A stretch of DNA of 48,845 bases from positions 1-48,845 of the forward strand of contig DAIMCQ010000001.1 of the NCBI GenBank assembly GCA_036726285.1, written 5' to 3'. The stretch comes from Azonexus sp. (GTDB lineage Bacteria > Pseudomonadota > Gammaproteobacteria > Burkholderiales > Rhodocyclaceae). Below the pieces are notes generated by a model that ran no database searches, was not told the DNA's origin, and was given only the letters and a program-made list of their open reading frames with translations. Numbering within the stretch: position 1 is the first letter of the stretch; each line of letters opens with the position of its first letter. The position numbers and the translations under genes are program-made. This document shows positions 21,212 to 31,236 of this stretch, piece after piece.

Positions 21212-21251
21212 CTTTGGCAGAATACGAACTCCCCCTCTACAGAATCATCCG

Positions 21252-22367
21252 ATGCCGCATAAAAAATTGAATGTTCCCGCCAAGGGAATGATGGATGCCT
21301 ATCAGAAGCTGCTTGCCTCACGTGGTTACGTTGCCGACGCCGCACAGATGGCCGCAGCGACCGCGCTGCAGGATCTCTATACCAGCCTGCTTTATTTCAA
21401 GGTCAATCGTGGCAGCACGCTGAAGCGCCTGCTGGCGCCACCCAAACCGCCGAAGGGCGTGTATTTCTGGGGCGGCGTCGGGCGCGGCAAGAGCTTCCTG
21501 ATGGATTGTTTCTACGATTCGGTGCCGTACCGGCGCAAGAAGCGCATCCACTTCCATGCCTTCATGCAGCAGATTCACCGCGACCTCGAGCAATTCAAGG
21601 GCGAGCCGGACCCGATGCTGAAACTGGCCGAACAGATTGCCCGCGAAGTCCGCCTGCTCTGTTTCGATGAATTCCACGTCTCGGACATCGCCGATGCGAT
21701 GATTCTCGGCCGCTTGCTGACCGGCCTGTTCGAGCATGGGGTGATTCTGGTCATGACTTCGAACTATCCGCCGGAAAAGCTGTACCCGAACGGCCTGCAT
21801 CGCGAAAGTTTCCTGCCGACCATCGCCTTGTTGCAGAAAAATCTCGATGTTTTCGAGGTCGAAGCAGGGGTCGATTATCGTTTGCTGGCCCTTGAGCAGG
21901 TCGAGATCTACCATCATCCGGCCGATGCTGCGGCCGAGGGCAAGATGCTCGACTATTTCCGCGTCGTGGCGGGCGAGGAGGGCAAGAAAGGCGGCGAGAT
22001 CGAAATCCTCGGTCGTCAGGTCAGCACCGTGCGGCGCGGCCATGGCGTGATCTGGTTCGACTTCCAGACCCTGTGCGGCGGTCCGCGCTCGCAAAACGAC
22101 TACCTTGAAATTGCCCGCGGACACCACACCGTGCTGCTCTCCCATATTCCCAAGATGACGCAGCATCAGGCATCCGAGGCGCGCCGCTTTACCTGGTTGG
22201 TCGATGTCTTCTACGATCACAAGGTGAAGTTGATCGCCACCGCCGACTGCGCGCCCGAAGCGCTTTATACCGAAGGGACGCAGGCCAGCGAGTTCGCCCG
22301 CACTGTCAGCCGGATGACCGAGATGCACTCCAAGGAGTATCTCGCCCAGCCGCACATCGTGAGCTGA
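21252..22367 (+). CDS. zapE: Cell division ATPase ZapE (AFG1 family)
   Basis: GVYFWGGVGRGKSFLMD, CFDEFHVSDIADAMIL, TSNYPP. Confidence 0.93.
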   Translation: MPHKKLNVPAKGMMDAYQKLLASRGYVADAAQMAAATALQDLYTSLLYFKVNRGSTLKRLLAPPKPPKGVYFWGGVGRGKSFLMDCFYDSVPYRRKKRIHFHAFMQQIHRDLEQFKGEPDPMLKLAEQIAREVRLLCFDEFHVSDIADAMILGRLLTGLFEHGVILVMTSNYPPEKLYPNGLHRESFLPTIALLQKNLDVFEVEAGVDYRLLALEQVEIYHHPADAAAEGKMLDYFRVVAGEEGKKGGEIEILGRQVSTVRRGHGVIWFDFQTLCGGPRSQNDYLEIARGHHTVLLSHIPKMTQHQASEARRFTWLVDVFYDHKVKLIATADCAPEALYTEGTQASEFARTVSRMTEMHSKEYLAQPHIVS

Positions 22368-22369
22368 GC

Positions 22370-23620
22370 ATGACCAGCCATTCCCTGGTCCCCGCAGATC
22401 TGGCGATCGATTTGCGGCAGTTGGTGATGACTATCGCCCACACGGTCGATCTGGTCGGTGTGGACGATGTCTTCCACGGTCGCCGGGTCGGCATGCTAGC
22501 CCGCGAAATGGCCATCCAGATGGGCTGGTCGGAGGCCGATCAACTGATCCTGTACGACGCCGGTCTGTTGCACGATTGCGGCGTTTCCTCGACGCGGGTG
22601 CATCACCGACTGGTGGTCGATCTGGAATGGGATGGCGCCGAGGAGCATTGCGTCTGTGGCGATGCGTTGCTGACCAGTTTTGCCCCATTGGCCCATCTGG
22701 CACCAATCATTCGCTACCACCACAGCCGTTGGGACTGGCTCAGCACCCAGAACCTCCCCGGCAATACGGCGCGCTTTGCCAATTTGATCTATCTCGCAGA
22801 CCGTATCGATGTCCTTGCGGCGCCTTACCACGCCGATCAGACCATTCTTTCCCATGTCGATGAAATTCGCGAGCGAATGGCCAGTCAGCGCGGCGGCATG
22901 TTCTCGCCGGAATTGATCGACGCCTTCGAGGCGATGTCGCAAGGCGAAGCTTTCTGGCTGGCCTTGCAGCCGGACTGGGTGCAGCAATATCAGACCGACA
23001 TGGAGTCTTACGGCGATCTGCGCTTGATCGGCTGGGCCGACTTCAAGCAGTGCGCCGAGATTTTTGCCCGTATCATCGACGCCAAATCACCCTACACCCA
23101 ACAGCATTCACGCGGCGTTTCCCGTCTGGCGCGCTACCTGGCCGAGCACTTGGGCCTGGATGCGATCACCTGCGAAAAGATCGAAGTCGCCGGCTTGCTG
23201 CACGATATCGGCAAGTTGCAGATTCCCGACGAAATCATCGAAGGGCAGAGCGGCCTGACTGCGCACGAGTTCGACATCATGAAGAGCCACAGCTACGGTA
23301 CCTTGCAGGTACTGAAGCGGCTGCACGCCGTCGACGAGATTGCCCGTTGGGCGGCCTACCACCACGAAACGCCGGACGGTCACGGCTATCCCTTCCGGAT
23401 CAGCGGCGATGCCTTGCCGCTCGAGGCACGCATCATCAACGTCGCCGATATCTTCCAGGCGCTGGCGCAGGAACGCCCCTATCGCCAGCCGATGCAGCCC
23501 GACCAGATCATCAGCATTCTGAACGAGCGGGCAGCGCTCGGTCGGGCCGATGCCGAGATCGTTTCCGTCGTCGCAGACAATCTGGATCAATGTCATCGCG
23601 TCGCTTTGTGCCGAGAATGA
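22370..23620 (+). CDS. Tandem HD-domain / HD-GYP phosphodiesterase
   Basis: N-terminal HD (LLHDCG, HHSRWD, no GYP) and C-terminal HD-GYP (LLHDIGK, HHETPDGHGYP, RPYR). Confidence 0.88.
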   Translation: MTSHSLVPADLAIDLRQLVMTIAHTVDLVGVDDVFHGRRVGMLAREMAIQMGWSEADQLILYDAGLLHDCGVSSTRVHHRLVVDLEWDGAEEHCVCGDALLTSFAPLAHLAPIIRYHHSRWDWLSTQNLPGNTARFANLIYLADRIDVLAAPYHADQTILSHVDEIRERMASQRGGMFSPELIDAFEAMSQGEAFWLALQPDWVQQYQTDMESYGDLRLIGWADFKQCAEIFARIIDAKSPYTQQHSRGVSRLARYLAEHLGLDAITCEKIEVAGLLHDIGKLQIPDEIIEGQSGLTAHEFDIMKSHSYGTLQVLKRLHAVDEIARWAAYHHETPDGHGYPFRISGDALPLEARIINVADIFQALAQERPYRQPMQPDQIISILNERAALGRADAEIVSVVADNLDQCHRVALCRE

Positions 23621-23640
23621 GGTCTTTAGGAGGCAATCCG

Positions 23641-24426
23641 ATGTTTCGCCTTTTCTTGTTGCTGCTTGGATTGCTGACGGGGCAGGTTTACGCCCAGCAA
23701 ATGGAAATCATCGAGCTGCGCAGTCGGACCGTCGACCAGGTCCTGCCGGTCTTGCTGCCTCTGGTCGAGCCCGGTGGAACGCTGACCGGGATGAACAACC
23801 AGCTCTTTCTGCGCGCCTCGCCGCGCAATCGCGCCGATATCAAGAAAGCCCTGGCGGCGATCGATACGCCGAGCCGGCGGTTGATCATCCGGGTCAGCCA
23901 GAATCGCGAAGCCGAGCAGAGCGCACGGGGTGGCGAGGCCAGCGGCCAGGTCGTGCTGGGCAGCACGCGGCGCAGCAATGTCGAGGCGCGGGTCTGGGAT
24001 AGCAAAAGCGTGCGCGGTGAAAGTGCCGCCCAGATGGTGCAGACCGTCGATGGCGGCCAGGCTTTCATCCAGGTCGGCCGTTCCTTGCCGATCCCGATGC
24101 GGCAGGTGGTCATTGGGCCGGGCGGGGCGGTGGTCAACGAGACGCTGGTCTACCAGGATGTCGGCCGTGGTTTTTACGCGGTGCCACACCTCAACGGCGA
24201 GCGGGTGAGGATCGAGATCAGTCAGCAGGCAGCCAGCCCGGGTAGCTATGGCAGCATCAACAGCCAGCGCCTATCCACAACGGTTTCCGGGCGCCTGGGG
24301 GAATGGATCGAACTGGGCGGCAGCGGCCGCCAGGCAAGTGGCAATCAGAGCGGTGCGCTGAGTCTTTCAACGAGCGATGCCCGTGACAATCGTTCAATCT
24401 GGCTGATGGTGGAGGAAGTGGAATGA
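23641..24426 (+). CDS. Short secretin-like (NolW/secretin_N) exported protein
   Basis: Signal peptide; MEIIELRSR..VLPVLLPL..NQLFLR..LAAIDTP N-domain; QTVDGGQAFIQVG, RLSTTVSGRLGEWI. Confidence 0.7.
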   Translation: MFRLFLLLLGLLTGQVYAQQMEIIELRSRTVDQVLPVLLPLVEPGGTLTGMNNQLFLRASPRNRADIKKALAAIDTPSRRLIIRVSQNREAEQSARGGEASGQVVLGSTRRSNVEARVWDSKSVRGESAAQMVQTVDGGQAFIQVGRSLPIPMRQVVIGPGGAVVNETLVYQDVGRGFYAVPHLNGERVRIEISQQAASPGSYGSINSQRLSTTVSGRLGEWIELGGSGRQASGNQSGALSLSTSDARDNRSIWLMVEEVE

Positions 24427-24674
24427 GCGAACTGAAACGGCATATCGGGCAAAAAGTAGCGCTGGCGACCGCGGGTTTTTGTGCCGTGCTGACTTTGCCG
24501 GCCTTCGGGCTGTTTGTCTGGCTATGCCGGGAGCGTGGGTTGGCCGATACCTGGGTGCCCAGCGCGCTGGCCTCGGTCGCTTTTCTGGGGGCTTGTACGG
24601 CAGTGCTTTATGTGATGAGCCGGCCGCAACCGCCCTTGCCCGAGCCTGCCGCGGCCGAACAGCCAGATCGCTGA
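24423..24674 (+). CDS. Small two-TM hypothetical protein
   Basis: 83 aa, two hydrophobic segments, ATGA overlap with the upstream gene. Confidence 0.6.
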   Translation: MSELKRHIGQKVALATAGFCAVLTLPAFGLFVWLCRERGLADTWVPSALASVAFLGACTAVLYVMSRPQPPLPEPAAAEQPDR

Positions 24675-24772
24675 CCTTTCGGGCTGGATTCCGCTGCCCG
24701 CCTGCATTAGAGTGTCCGGCTGCCATGCAGGATGGCAGTACGCGACAACACTCTCACTGATTGGAAAAACTC

Positions 24773-25624
24773 ATGGACATCAAAACGATCGGTATCGTCG
24801 GTGCCGGCACGATGGGGAATGGCATTGCCCAGGCATTTGCCGTGGCCGGATTTCAAGTCATCATGGCCGATATTTCGGAAAGCGCCGTGCAGAAGGGCGT
24901 GGCGACCATCGCCGGTAGCCTGGACCGCCTGATCAAGAAGGAAAAGATGACCGCCGAACAAAAGGCGGCGGCATTGGCCAAGATCACCACGGCAACCGAT
25001 GTGGCCGCACTCAAGTCGGTTGACCTGATCATCGAGGCAGCGACCGAGAATCTGGAGCTGAAGACCAAGATCTTCAAGCAACTCGACGAACTGGCCAAGC
25101 CGGATGCCCTGATTGCCTCGAATACCTCGTCGATTTCAATCACCAAGCTGGCGGCAGTGACCAAGCGTCCGGCGCAGGTGATCGGCATGCATTTCTTCAA
25201 CCCGGTGCCGATGATGGCGCTGGTCGAAGTCATTCGCGGCCTGCAAACTTCGGATGCCACCTACGCGGCCGTCGAGGTGTTGTCGCAAGCCATCGGCAAG
25301 ACGCCGGTCCAGGTCAAGAACAGCCCGGGTTTCGTGGTCAACCGGCTGCTCTGTCCGATGATCAACGAGGCGATCTTCGCCTTGGGTGAAGGTCTGGCCG
25401 AAGCGGCGGCGATCGACGAAGCGATGAAGCTGGGCTGCAATCATCCGATCGGTCCCTTGTCCCTGTGCGACATGATCGGTCTCGATGTCGAGCTGGCCGT
25501 GATGCAGGTGCTGTTCGAAGGCACCAAGGATCCAAAGTATCGTCCGGCACCCTTGCTGGTGGAAATGGTTGAAGCCGGCTATCTCGGCCGCAAGGTCGGC
25601 AAGGGCTTCTACAGCTACGAGTAA
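24773..25624 (+). CDS. hbd: 3-hydroxybutyryl-CoA dehydrogenase
   Basis: [35 protein letters not shown]. Confidence 0.93.
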   Translation: MDIKTIGIVGAGTMGNGIAQAFAVAGFQVIMADISESAVQKGVATIAGSLDRLIKKEKMTAEQKAAALAKITTATDVAALKSVDLIIEAATENLELKTKIFKQLDELAKPDALIASNTSSISITKLAAVTKRPAQVIGMHFFNPVPMMALVEVIRGLQTSDATYAAVEVLSQAIGKTPVQVKNSPGFVVNRLLCPMINEAIFALGEGLAEAAAIDEAMKLGCNHPIGPLSLCDMIGLDVELAVMQVLFEGTKDPKYRPAPLLVEMVEAGYLGRKVGKGFYSYE

Positions 25625-25662
25625 GCGAATTAGTTGCCATGCCGGCCCGTTGCGGCCGGCAC

Positions 25663-25696
25663 AAAAAAACCCGGCATCGAGCCGGGTTTGTTTTTT
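25663..25696. terminator. Bidirectional Rho-independent terminator
   Basis: AAAAAAACCCGGC-atcga-GCCGGGTTTGTTTTTT between convergent hbd and metY. Confidence 0.85.
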
Positions 25697-25710
25697 GCGA
25701 AGCCAGTTAA

Positions 25711-26982
25711 TCAGGCGGCGTTGAGGGCCTGATCCAGATCGGCGATCAGGTCGTCGATGTGCTCGATACCGACCGACAGACGGATCATGTCTTCCGATAC
25801 GCCGGCCTTGGCCAGTTCTTCCGGTGACAACTGGCGGTGCGTGGTGGAAGCCGGATGGCAGGCGAGGGTCTTGCAGTCGCCGATATTCACCAGGCGGGTG
25901 ACCAGTTGCAAGGCATCCTGGAACTTGCCGCCGCCTTCGCGGCCACCCTTGACGCCGAAATTGAGAATGCCGGAGGCACGGCCGCCCATGTATTTCTGGA
26001 CCAGTGCATGGTCCTTGTGTTCGGGCTGCCCGGCATAGTTCACCCAACTGACCTTCGGATGACTCTTCAGGAAATTGGCGATCTTCAGTGAGTTTTCGCA
26101 GATCCGGTCCATGCGCAGGGCCAGCGTTTCGATGCCCTGCAAAATCAGGAAAGCATTGAACGGACTGATCGCCGCACCCATGTTGCGCAAGGGGACGACA
26201 CGGGCGCGCCCGATATAGGCGGCCGGGCCGAGGGCTTCGGTATAGACGACGCCGTGGTAGGAGACATCCGGCTCATTCAAGCGCTTGAACTTCTGCTTGT
26301 GTTCCGCCCAGGGGAATTTGCCGCTGTCGACGATGATGCCGCCGATCGAGTTGCCATGGCCGCCCAGGTACTTGGTCAGTGCATGCACGACGATGTCGGC
26401 GCCATGTTCGAAGGGGCGACACAGGTAAGGCGAAGGAACGGTGTTGTCGACGATGACCGGGACGCCATGCTTGTGGGCAATTTCGGCCAGTTTTTCGAAG
26501 TCGGTGATGTTACCCAGCGGGTTGCCGACCGATTCGCAGAAGACCGCCTTGGTCTTGGCGTCGATCAGCTTTTCGAAGGCTTCCGGATCGCGGTAGTCGG
26601 CAAAGCGCACTTCGATACCGTATTGCGGCAGCGTGTGGGCGAAGAGGTTGTAAGTGCCGCCGTACAGCGTGCTGGAAGTGACGATATTGTCGCCAGCCTC
26701 GGCAATGGTCTGGATCGAGGCGGTGATCGCCGCCATGCCCGATGCCATGGCCAGCGCCGCAATGCCGCCTTCCATCGCGGCCACGCGCTTCTCCAGCACG
26801 TCCTGGGTCGGGTTCATGATGCGGGTGTAGATGTTGCCGGCCACCTTGAGGTCGAACAGGTCGGCCCCGTGCTGGGTGCTGTCGAAAGCGTAGGAGGTGG
26901 TCTGGTAGATCGGTACGGCGACCGCCTTGGTGGTCGGGTCCGGGCTGTAGCCGCCATGTACGGCAAGGGTTTCGATCTTCAT
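25711..26982 (-). CDS. metY: O-acetylhomoserine aminocarboxypropyltransferase (sulfhydrylase)
   Basis: [30 protein letters not shown] (PLP Lys), HPASTTH. Confidence 0.93.
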   Translation of the reverse strand: MKIETLAVHGGYSPDPTTKAVAVPIYQTTSYAFDSTQHGADLFDLKVAGNIYTRIMNPTQDVLEKRVAAMEGGIAALAMASGMAAITASIQTIAEAGDNIVTSSTLYGGTYNLFAHTLPQYGIEVRFADYRDPEAFEKLIDAKTKAVFCESVGNPLGNITDFEKLAEIAHKHGVPVIVDNTVPSPYLCRPFEHGADIVVHALTKYLGGHGNSIGGIIVDSGKFPWAEHKQKFKRLNEPDVSYHGVVYTEALGPAAYIGRARVVPLRNMGAAISPFNAFLILQGIETLALRMDRICENSLKIANFLKSHPKVSWVNYAGQPEHKDHALVQKYMGGRASGILNFGVKGGREGGGKFQDALQLVTRLVNIGDCKTLACHPASTTHRQLSPEELAKAGVSEDMIRLSVGIEHIDDLIADLDQALNAA

Positions 26983-27119
26983 GCAGTCTCTCTCTTTGTA
27001 GTTGGCATAAAGACGAAAGTGTAGCAGGGCAGGCGATTCACCGCATTCCCGCGACGTATGGTGCGGCGTTCGCCAGAGGGAGCGGCGTGTGTCGTAGATG
27101 GCATTGAATGCGAAGAATT

Positions 27120-27143
27120 GCCAAATTTTGTGACAAATTTGGC
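27120..27143. promoter_or_regulatory. AT-rich inverted repeat, candidate regulator/enhancer site
   Basis: GCCAAATTT-tgtgac-AAATTTGGC. Confidence 0.45.
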
Positions 27144-27295
27144 GGGAGTTTGATTCCGGCTATGCGCTACGGGCCTGGCCACGTAGCGTGGAGCGCTTGC
27201 CCTGCTTTGGCTTTCCCTTGTGCCACAAGGCATAGAGCGGAACTGCCTGTAGCCATTCTGGAGTTGGGTCTCGATAGCAATGGCTTTTTGCCTCC

Positions 27296-27310
27296 TGGCA
27301 TGACGTTTGC
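27296..27310 (+). promoter_or_regulatory. Sigma-54 -24/-12 promoter
   Basis: TGGCAT-gacgt-TTGC(A), exact GG-N10-GC spacing, about 50 bp before the DUF3149 start. Confidence 0.65.
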
Positions 27311-27363
27311 AACTCTTGGGCGCGACAGGGCTTGTCGCGTCAAAAACGTCAAAGGGAGAAATC

Positions 27364-27528
27364 ATGGCCTGGAATCTACTGTTCAGCTCCGATATCGGCT
27401 TGCTCAGCCTGTTTACCATTGCCTTCATTCTGGTGATGGCCATCTATATCGGTCGTTATGTTTCGCAACACATCAAGGAAGAAGCCAAGAGTGCGGCGAT
27501 CAACAAGGGGTCGGCGCACGCGCCCTGA
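27364..27528 (+). CDS. DUF3149-family small membrane protein
   Basis: MAWNLLFSSDIGLLSLFTIAFILVM; GGGAG RBS. Confidence 0.8.
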   Translation: MAWNLLFSSDIGLLSLFTIAFILVMAIYIGRYVSQHIKEEAKSAAINKGSAHAP

Positions 27529-27556
27529 TCCGGTTTCCCCAGCCTGCCGCTTGAGC

Positions 27557-27925
27557 CTAGGAACTTGCGACAAAAATGTCGCCATCCCGGATGGTCAGCG
27601 GCAGGGGAATCAGGTGCTCACCGGCGCATTCACCGGTAATGCAATGGCCATCATGCCAACCGTAACGGGCGTAATGCACGTTGCAGGTGATGCTCTCGTG
27701 CGGCGTGAAAATCAATTGCGCGGGGCGTTGTGCCAGTGGGACGCCGAAATGGGCACAGCGATTCAGATAGCCATGAACCTGTTCGCCACTACGCAGGATG
27801 ATCACGCGAAAAGCCTCGCTGCCTAGCCCGAGGTCGATCATTTGCGCCCCACCGTCGGCTATTTCGTCGAGGCGGCAAAGGCGGGTGCCGGGCAGCGGCG
27901 CGTTGGGCTGATCTTGCCAGTCCAT
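27557..27925 (-). CDS. Rieske [2Fe-2S] ferredoxin
   Basis: YLNRCAHFGVPL...CNVHYARY (CxH...CxxH). Confidence 0.88.
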   Translation of the reverse strand: MDWQDQPNAPLPGTRLCRLDEIADGGAQMIDLGLGSEAFRVIILRSGEQVHGYLNRCAHFGVPLAQRPAQLIFTPHESITCNVHYARYGWHDGHCITGECAGEHLIPLPLTIRDGDIFVASS

Positions 27926-27927
27926 GT

Positions 27928-29832
27928 TTAGGTTTTGTCGACCGGGCGATAGGCCGGTTTGATCAGGAAGCGGCCAGGGTCAAGCGCTTCGACCAGATCG
28001 TTTTCCAACGGTAATGGTTCGCCTTCCAGTCGGCTGAGCAGCAAGTCGGCCATTAGCGCAGACCAGACAATTCCGCGCGCGCCAAAACCCTGCACGCACC
28101 ACAGGCCGGGATAACGCGGCAGGGCGTGTAGCCGGCTGGCTTGTCCGGCTGGCAGGGGCTTGGGAACTTGGCCGACGATTGGCAGGCGATCCGGCGACAT
28201 CGGGCGAAAGCCGACTCGGCCATGCAACTTGTCCGGGTCGATTGCGGCGTAGGCGCCGGGGAAGGTCAGATTCAGACGGGCGAGGTTTTCGCGGTGGTCG
28301 GACTGGCGCTCGTTGCCATCCTCGTCTTCGTAGGCGAGCGAGGCGCCGATCAGTCGGCTGCCATCTACTTCCGGCATGGCGTAGCCGATGTGAAACAACA
28401 CCGCCTGCAAGGCCGGCGCTTGTTCCGGTGGCAGGTGGCTGACCTGGCCGCGGGCCGATCGTTGCGGCAGCCAGGCAAGTTGTTCGAAACGGGTGGCGGC
28501 CGCGCCGCAAGCAATGATGAGGACCGGAGCCCGGGCAATCAGTTGGCCGTCGGCAGTGAAGCAGGACCAGCCGTTGTCGTTGTGTTCCAGTCGTTCGACC
28601 CAGGTGTTGAAGCGGCAGCCGATTCGTTCAGGGAAGGCGGCCAATGCGGCGCGGCAGACCGAAGGCGGTTGTACCCAGCCGCCTTTGGCGAACCACCAGC
28701 CGCCGCTGTTGACCGGTTGGCCGAGCAGTCGGCCGGCTTCGTCCTGGTCGACAAAACGCAGGATGTCCTCGGGAAAACCCAGATTTTCCACTGTCCGTCT
28801 TTGCTGGGCTTCGTGTTCCGGTTCGCGGGCTAGATGTAGCACGCCGCAATCGTCCCAGCGCGCATCGGGCAGGGTCTGCAGCAGCGCCCGGGTGGCGAGA
28901 AAGCCGGTCCGGGTCAGCCGTGACAGGCGATTGTCGTCGGCGCTGGGTAGCGGGCGCAGCATGCCGGCGATGTTGCTCGACGCCGCCGTGCCGGGGCCTT
29001 CGCCCTGGTCGATCAGGGTGACCTGCCAGCCGGCGGCGGCCAGACTGTGGGCGCTGGTGCTGCCGGCGATGCCGGCACCGATGACGATGGCGCGCCGATC
29101 TGCCGGTGCCTGATGGCGGTTCGGCCGGCGCGAGCGGAAACGCCCGCTCAACATCTGCCGCTTGCCGCCGAAACCGGGCCGCTTCCAGACCTCGAACTCG
29201 GCCTCGATCAGGGCGCGGCGGACGCTGCCGGCGACGGTCCAGGTTGCCAGTGTCGCTTCCGGGGCGGCCAGTCTGGCCAGTGCCTTGCACAGGTAAGGCG
29301 ACCAGGCATCGGGATTTTTGGCCGGCGAGAAGCCGTCCAGGAAGAAGGCGTCGACCGAGGCGTCGAGTGCGCGTATCTGGCTGGCCGCATCGCCGAAGAG
29401 CAAGGTCAGGATCAGCTTGCCGCCGGCCAGGTGAAGACGATGCATGCCCGGCGTCAGTGGCGGCCAGTGCTTCTGCAATTCTGCCGCCAGGTCGGCGAAC
29501 TCCGGCCAGGCCTGCTGGGCTACGGCCAGATCGGCGAGGCTGAAAGGGTGCTTCTCGACCGAGACGAAATGCAGGCGGCGGCAAGCTTGCGGGTCGGCTT
29601 GCCAGGCCTGCCAAGTGGTCAGGAAATTCAGGCCGAGGCCAAAACCGGTTTCGAGAATGACGAAGCGGTCGCGCCCTTGCCAGCGTTGCGGCAGGGCGTT
29701 GCCGGCGAGGAAGACGTGTCGGGTCTGGTCAGGACCGCCGCGTGCCGAGTAATAGACGTCGCCGTAGGTCGCGGAGAACGGCGTGTCGTAGTACGTTGCG
29801 TATTCGAGGTGGGCCGGCTGGAGTTTTTCCAC
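27928..29832 (-). CDS. mnmC: Bifunctional tRNA mnm5s2U34 biosynthesis protein MnmC
   Basis: [28 protein letters not shown] methyltransferase part plus IGAGIAG FAD oxidoreductase part; GTG start coupled to the upstream TAG. Confidence 0.93.
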   Translation of the reverse strand: MEKLQPAHLEYATYYDTPFSATYGDVYYSARGGPDQTRHVFLAGNALPQRWQGRDRFVILETGFGLGLNFLTTWQAWQADPQACRRLHFVSVEKHPFSLADLAVAQQAWPEFADLAAELQKHWPPLTPGMHRLHLAGGKLILTLLFGDAASQIRALDASVDAFFLDGFSPAKNPDAWSPYLCKALARLAAPEATLATWTVAGSVRRALIEAEFEVWKRPGFGGKRQMLSGRFRSRRPNRHQAPADRRAIVIGAGIAGSTSAHSLAAAGWQVTLIDQGEGPGTAASSNIAGMLRPLPSADDNRLSRLTRTGFLATRALLQTLPDARWDDCGVLHLAREPEHEAQQRRTVENLGFPEDILRFVDQDEAGRLLGQPVNSGGWWFAKGGWVQPPSVCRAALAAFPERIGCRFNTWVERLEHNDNGWSCFTADGQLIARAPVLIIACGAAATRFEQLAWLPQRSARGQVSHLPPEQAPALQAVLFHIGYAMPEVDGSRLIGASLAYEDEDGNERQSDHRENLARLNLTFPGAYAAIDPDKLHGRVGFRPMSPDRLPIVGQVPKPLPAGQASRLHALPRYPGLWCVQGFGARGIVWSALMADLLLSRLEGEPLPLENDLVEALDPGRFLIKPAYRPVDKT

Positions 29833-30326
29833 TAATGCAGAAAGGCGCTGTAAGGCGCATTGATGACCTGAGTTGGGGTGTCGTAATTGAGGGCCAAGTC
29901 CCATTGGGCTTGTTCAGCGGCCGCCCGCAGCATGGAACAAAGGGCCTGCAGCAGTTGGGCATTGACCTCCAGGCTGTAACTGCGTTCGCGGCCTTCGCGC
30001 AGGGTCAGGCGGGCCAGGCCTTCCTCGCCGGCTTCGAGAATGGCCTCGGTGGCGAGCAAGGGCACGGCGCCGAGCGGATAGCATGGGTTGTCATCGATGA
30101 ACGGCAACTCAAAACTGGATGGCTCGCCGGTCGGAGTGCTGACTTCCTTGCTGGGCAGGCTGTTGGCCAGGTGGCCGCCAAGCATGGCGGTCAGGTGCGG
30201 CCAGATTTCACGCAGGAAGCAGCGGGTGAAGAAGATGCGGAATTCTTCGTTGTTTTCGGTTCCGACGCGCAGGACCAGGCGGTCCTCGACGCTATCGTTG
30301 GCAACTTGTAATTGGCGGATCGGCAT
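29832..30326 (-). CDS. Conserved hypothetical protein
   Basis: 164 aa (EDRLVLRV...FRIFFTR), tightly packed between the kinase-like gene and mnmC. Confidence 0.7.
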   Translation of the reverse strand: MPIRQLQVANDSVEDRLVLRVGTENNEEFRIFFTRCFLREIWPHLTAMLGGHLANSLPSKEVSTPTGEPSSFELPFIDDNPCYPLGAVPLLATEAILEAGEEGLARLTLREGRERSYSLEVNAQLLQALCSMLRAAAEQAQWDLALNYDTPTQVINAPYSAFLH

Positions 30327-31163
30327 TTATTTCACATTGCTCAGTACGTCGACCAGGATCAGCACGCGACGGATGCCTTTCTTTGACCAGCGCTGGAAAA
30401 GGCCGGCGAAGCCGGACAGGGTCTTGAGGGGGGGCAGGGCGCGGACGATGACCTGTTTGATTTCGGGGTTCGGATTGGCGGCAAAGTAACGGTCCAGCAA
30501 CTGCGGCATCAACTGGCGGGCTTCGCTTTCGACGATCGGGCCGGCCAGCGAGATCGAATTCAGGAACAGCACCAGGTCGGCCGTCTGCGCAACGCTCAAG
30601 GGCAGGAACTCACCGAAATTTTCTTCGAAGTCGATGCGATAACTGAGGCCATCCTGCAGCGTGATGTTCTTGATCTGGGCACCACCATGCCATTGTCCGG
30701 CACGGTGGAATTCGCCCAGTTCGGTGGCCAGACGCGGCAACTCGCTACGCCAGGTCTCTGGCGTCCATTTTTCAAGCAGGGTGGCGACCACCGTGCCGCA
30801 GAAATCGAGGACGAAAAACGCCTTGGTGACCAGCGCCACGCGGGGGACGCGTACGCCGGCTGCAGCCAGGCTGCGCAGGCGGTTGGCTTCGAACTCCATG
30901 CTGCCCGCTGCTTCGGCCAGGGCCAGCGTTTGCATCGGCAAGGGCTGGCCGGTGAGGCGTTTGACCAGCCAGCGCATGAACAGGGTTTGCACCAGCTTGC
31001 GTGGCTTGGCGGCGAGTTTCTTGACGACATAGCGCCGGCCCTCGTATTCGAAGACGAGGGCGCGACTGTGGTGCGTCGCCAAAGCCGCCCGCGCGGCGGC
31101 TTCGAGAGCGTTAGGGTTTTCGTTCACAAAGAACCGATGATCGAGCGAGCGTAGCCAGGACAA
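30327..31163 (-). CDS. Kdo/InaA-like lipopolysaccharide-kinase-fold protein
   Basis: YVVKK, GVRVPRV, FHRAGQWHGGAQIKNI, RIDFE kinase-like motifs; start uncertain. Confidence 0.65.
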   Translation of the reverse strand: MSWLRSLDHRFFVNENPNALEAAARAALATHHSRALVFEYEGRRYVVKKLAAKPRKLVQTLFMRWLVKRLTGQPLPMQTLALAEAAGSMEFEANRLRSLAAAGVRVPRVALVTKAFFVLDFCGTVVATLLEKWTPETWRSELPRLATELGEFHRAGQWHGGAQIKNITLQDGLSYRIDFEENFGEFLPLSVAQTADLVLFLNSISLAGPIVESEARQLMPQLLDRYFAANPNPEIKQVIVRALPPLKTLSGFAGLFQRWSKKGIRRVLILVDVLSNVK

Positions 31164-31236
31164 GGCGCAGGTGACCGCCGCATAGCACGCTATGCAAGGT
31201 CGCCTGCAACGCCGTCATGGCAAGCGCAGCCGATCA

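Noticed and set aside
23050..23640. Apparent N-terminal extension of the secretin-like ORF (458 aa)
   Set aside because: Overlaps the HD-GYP gene in another frame; the RBS (AGGAGG) and signal peptide point to a start at 23641
26983..27120. SAM/SAH riboswitch upstream of metY
   Set aside because: No recognisable SAM-II or SAH core motifs by eye; a cmscan search would be needed
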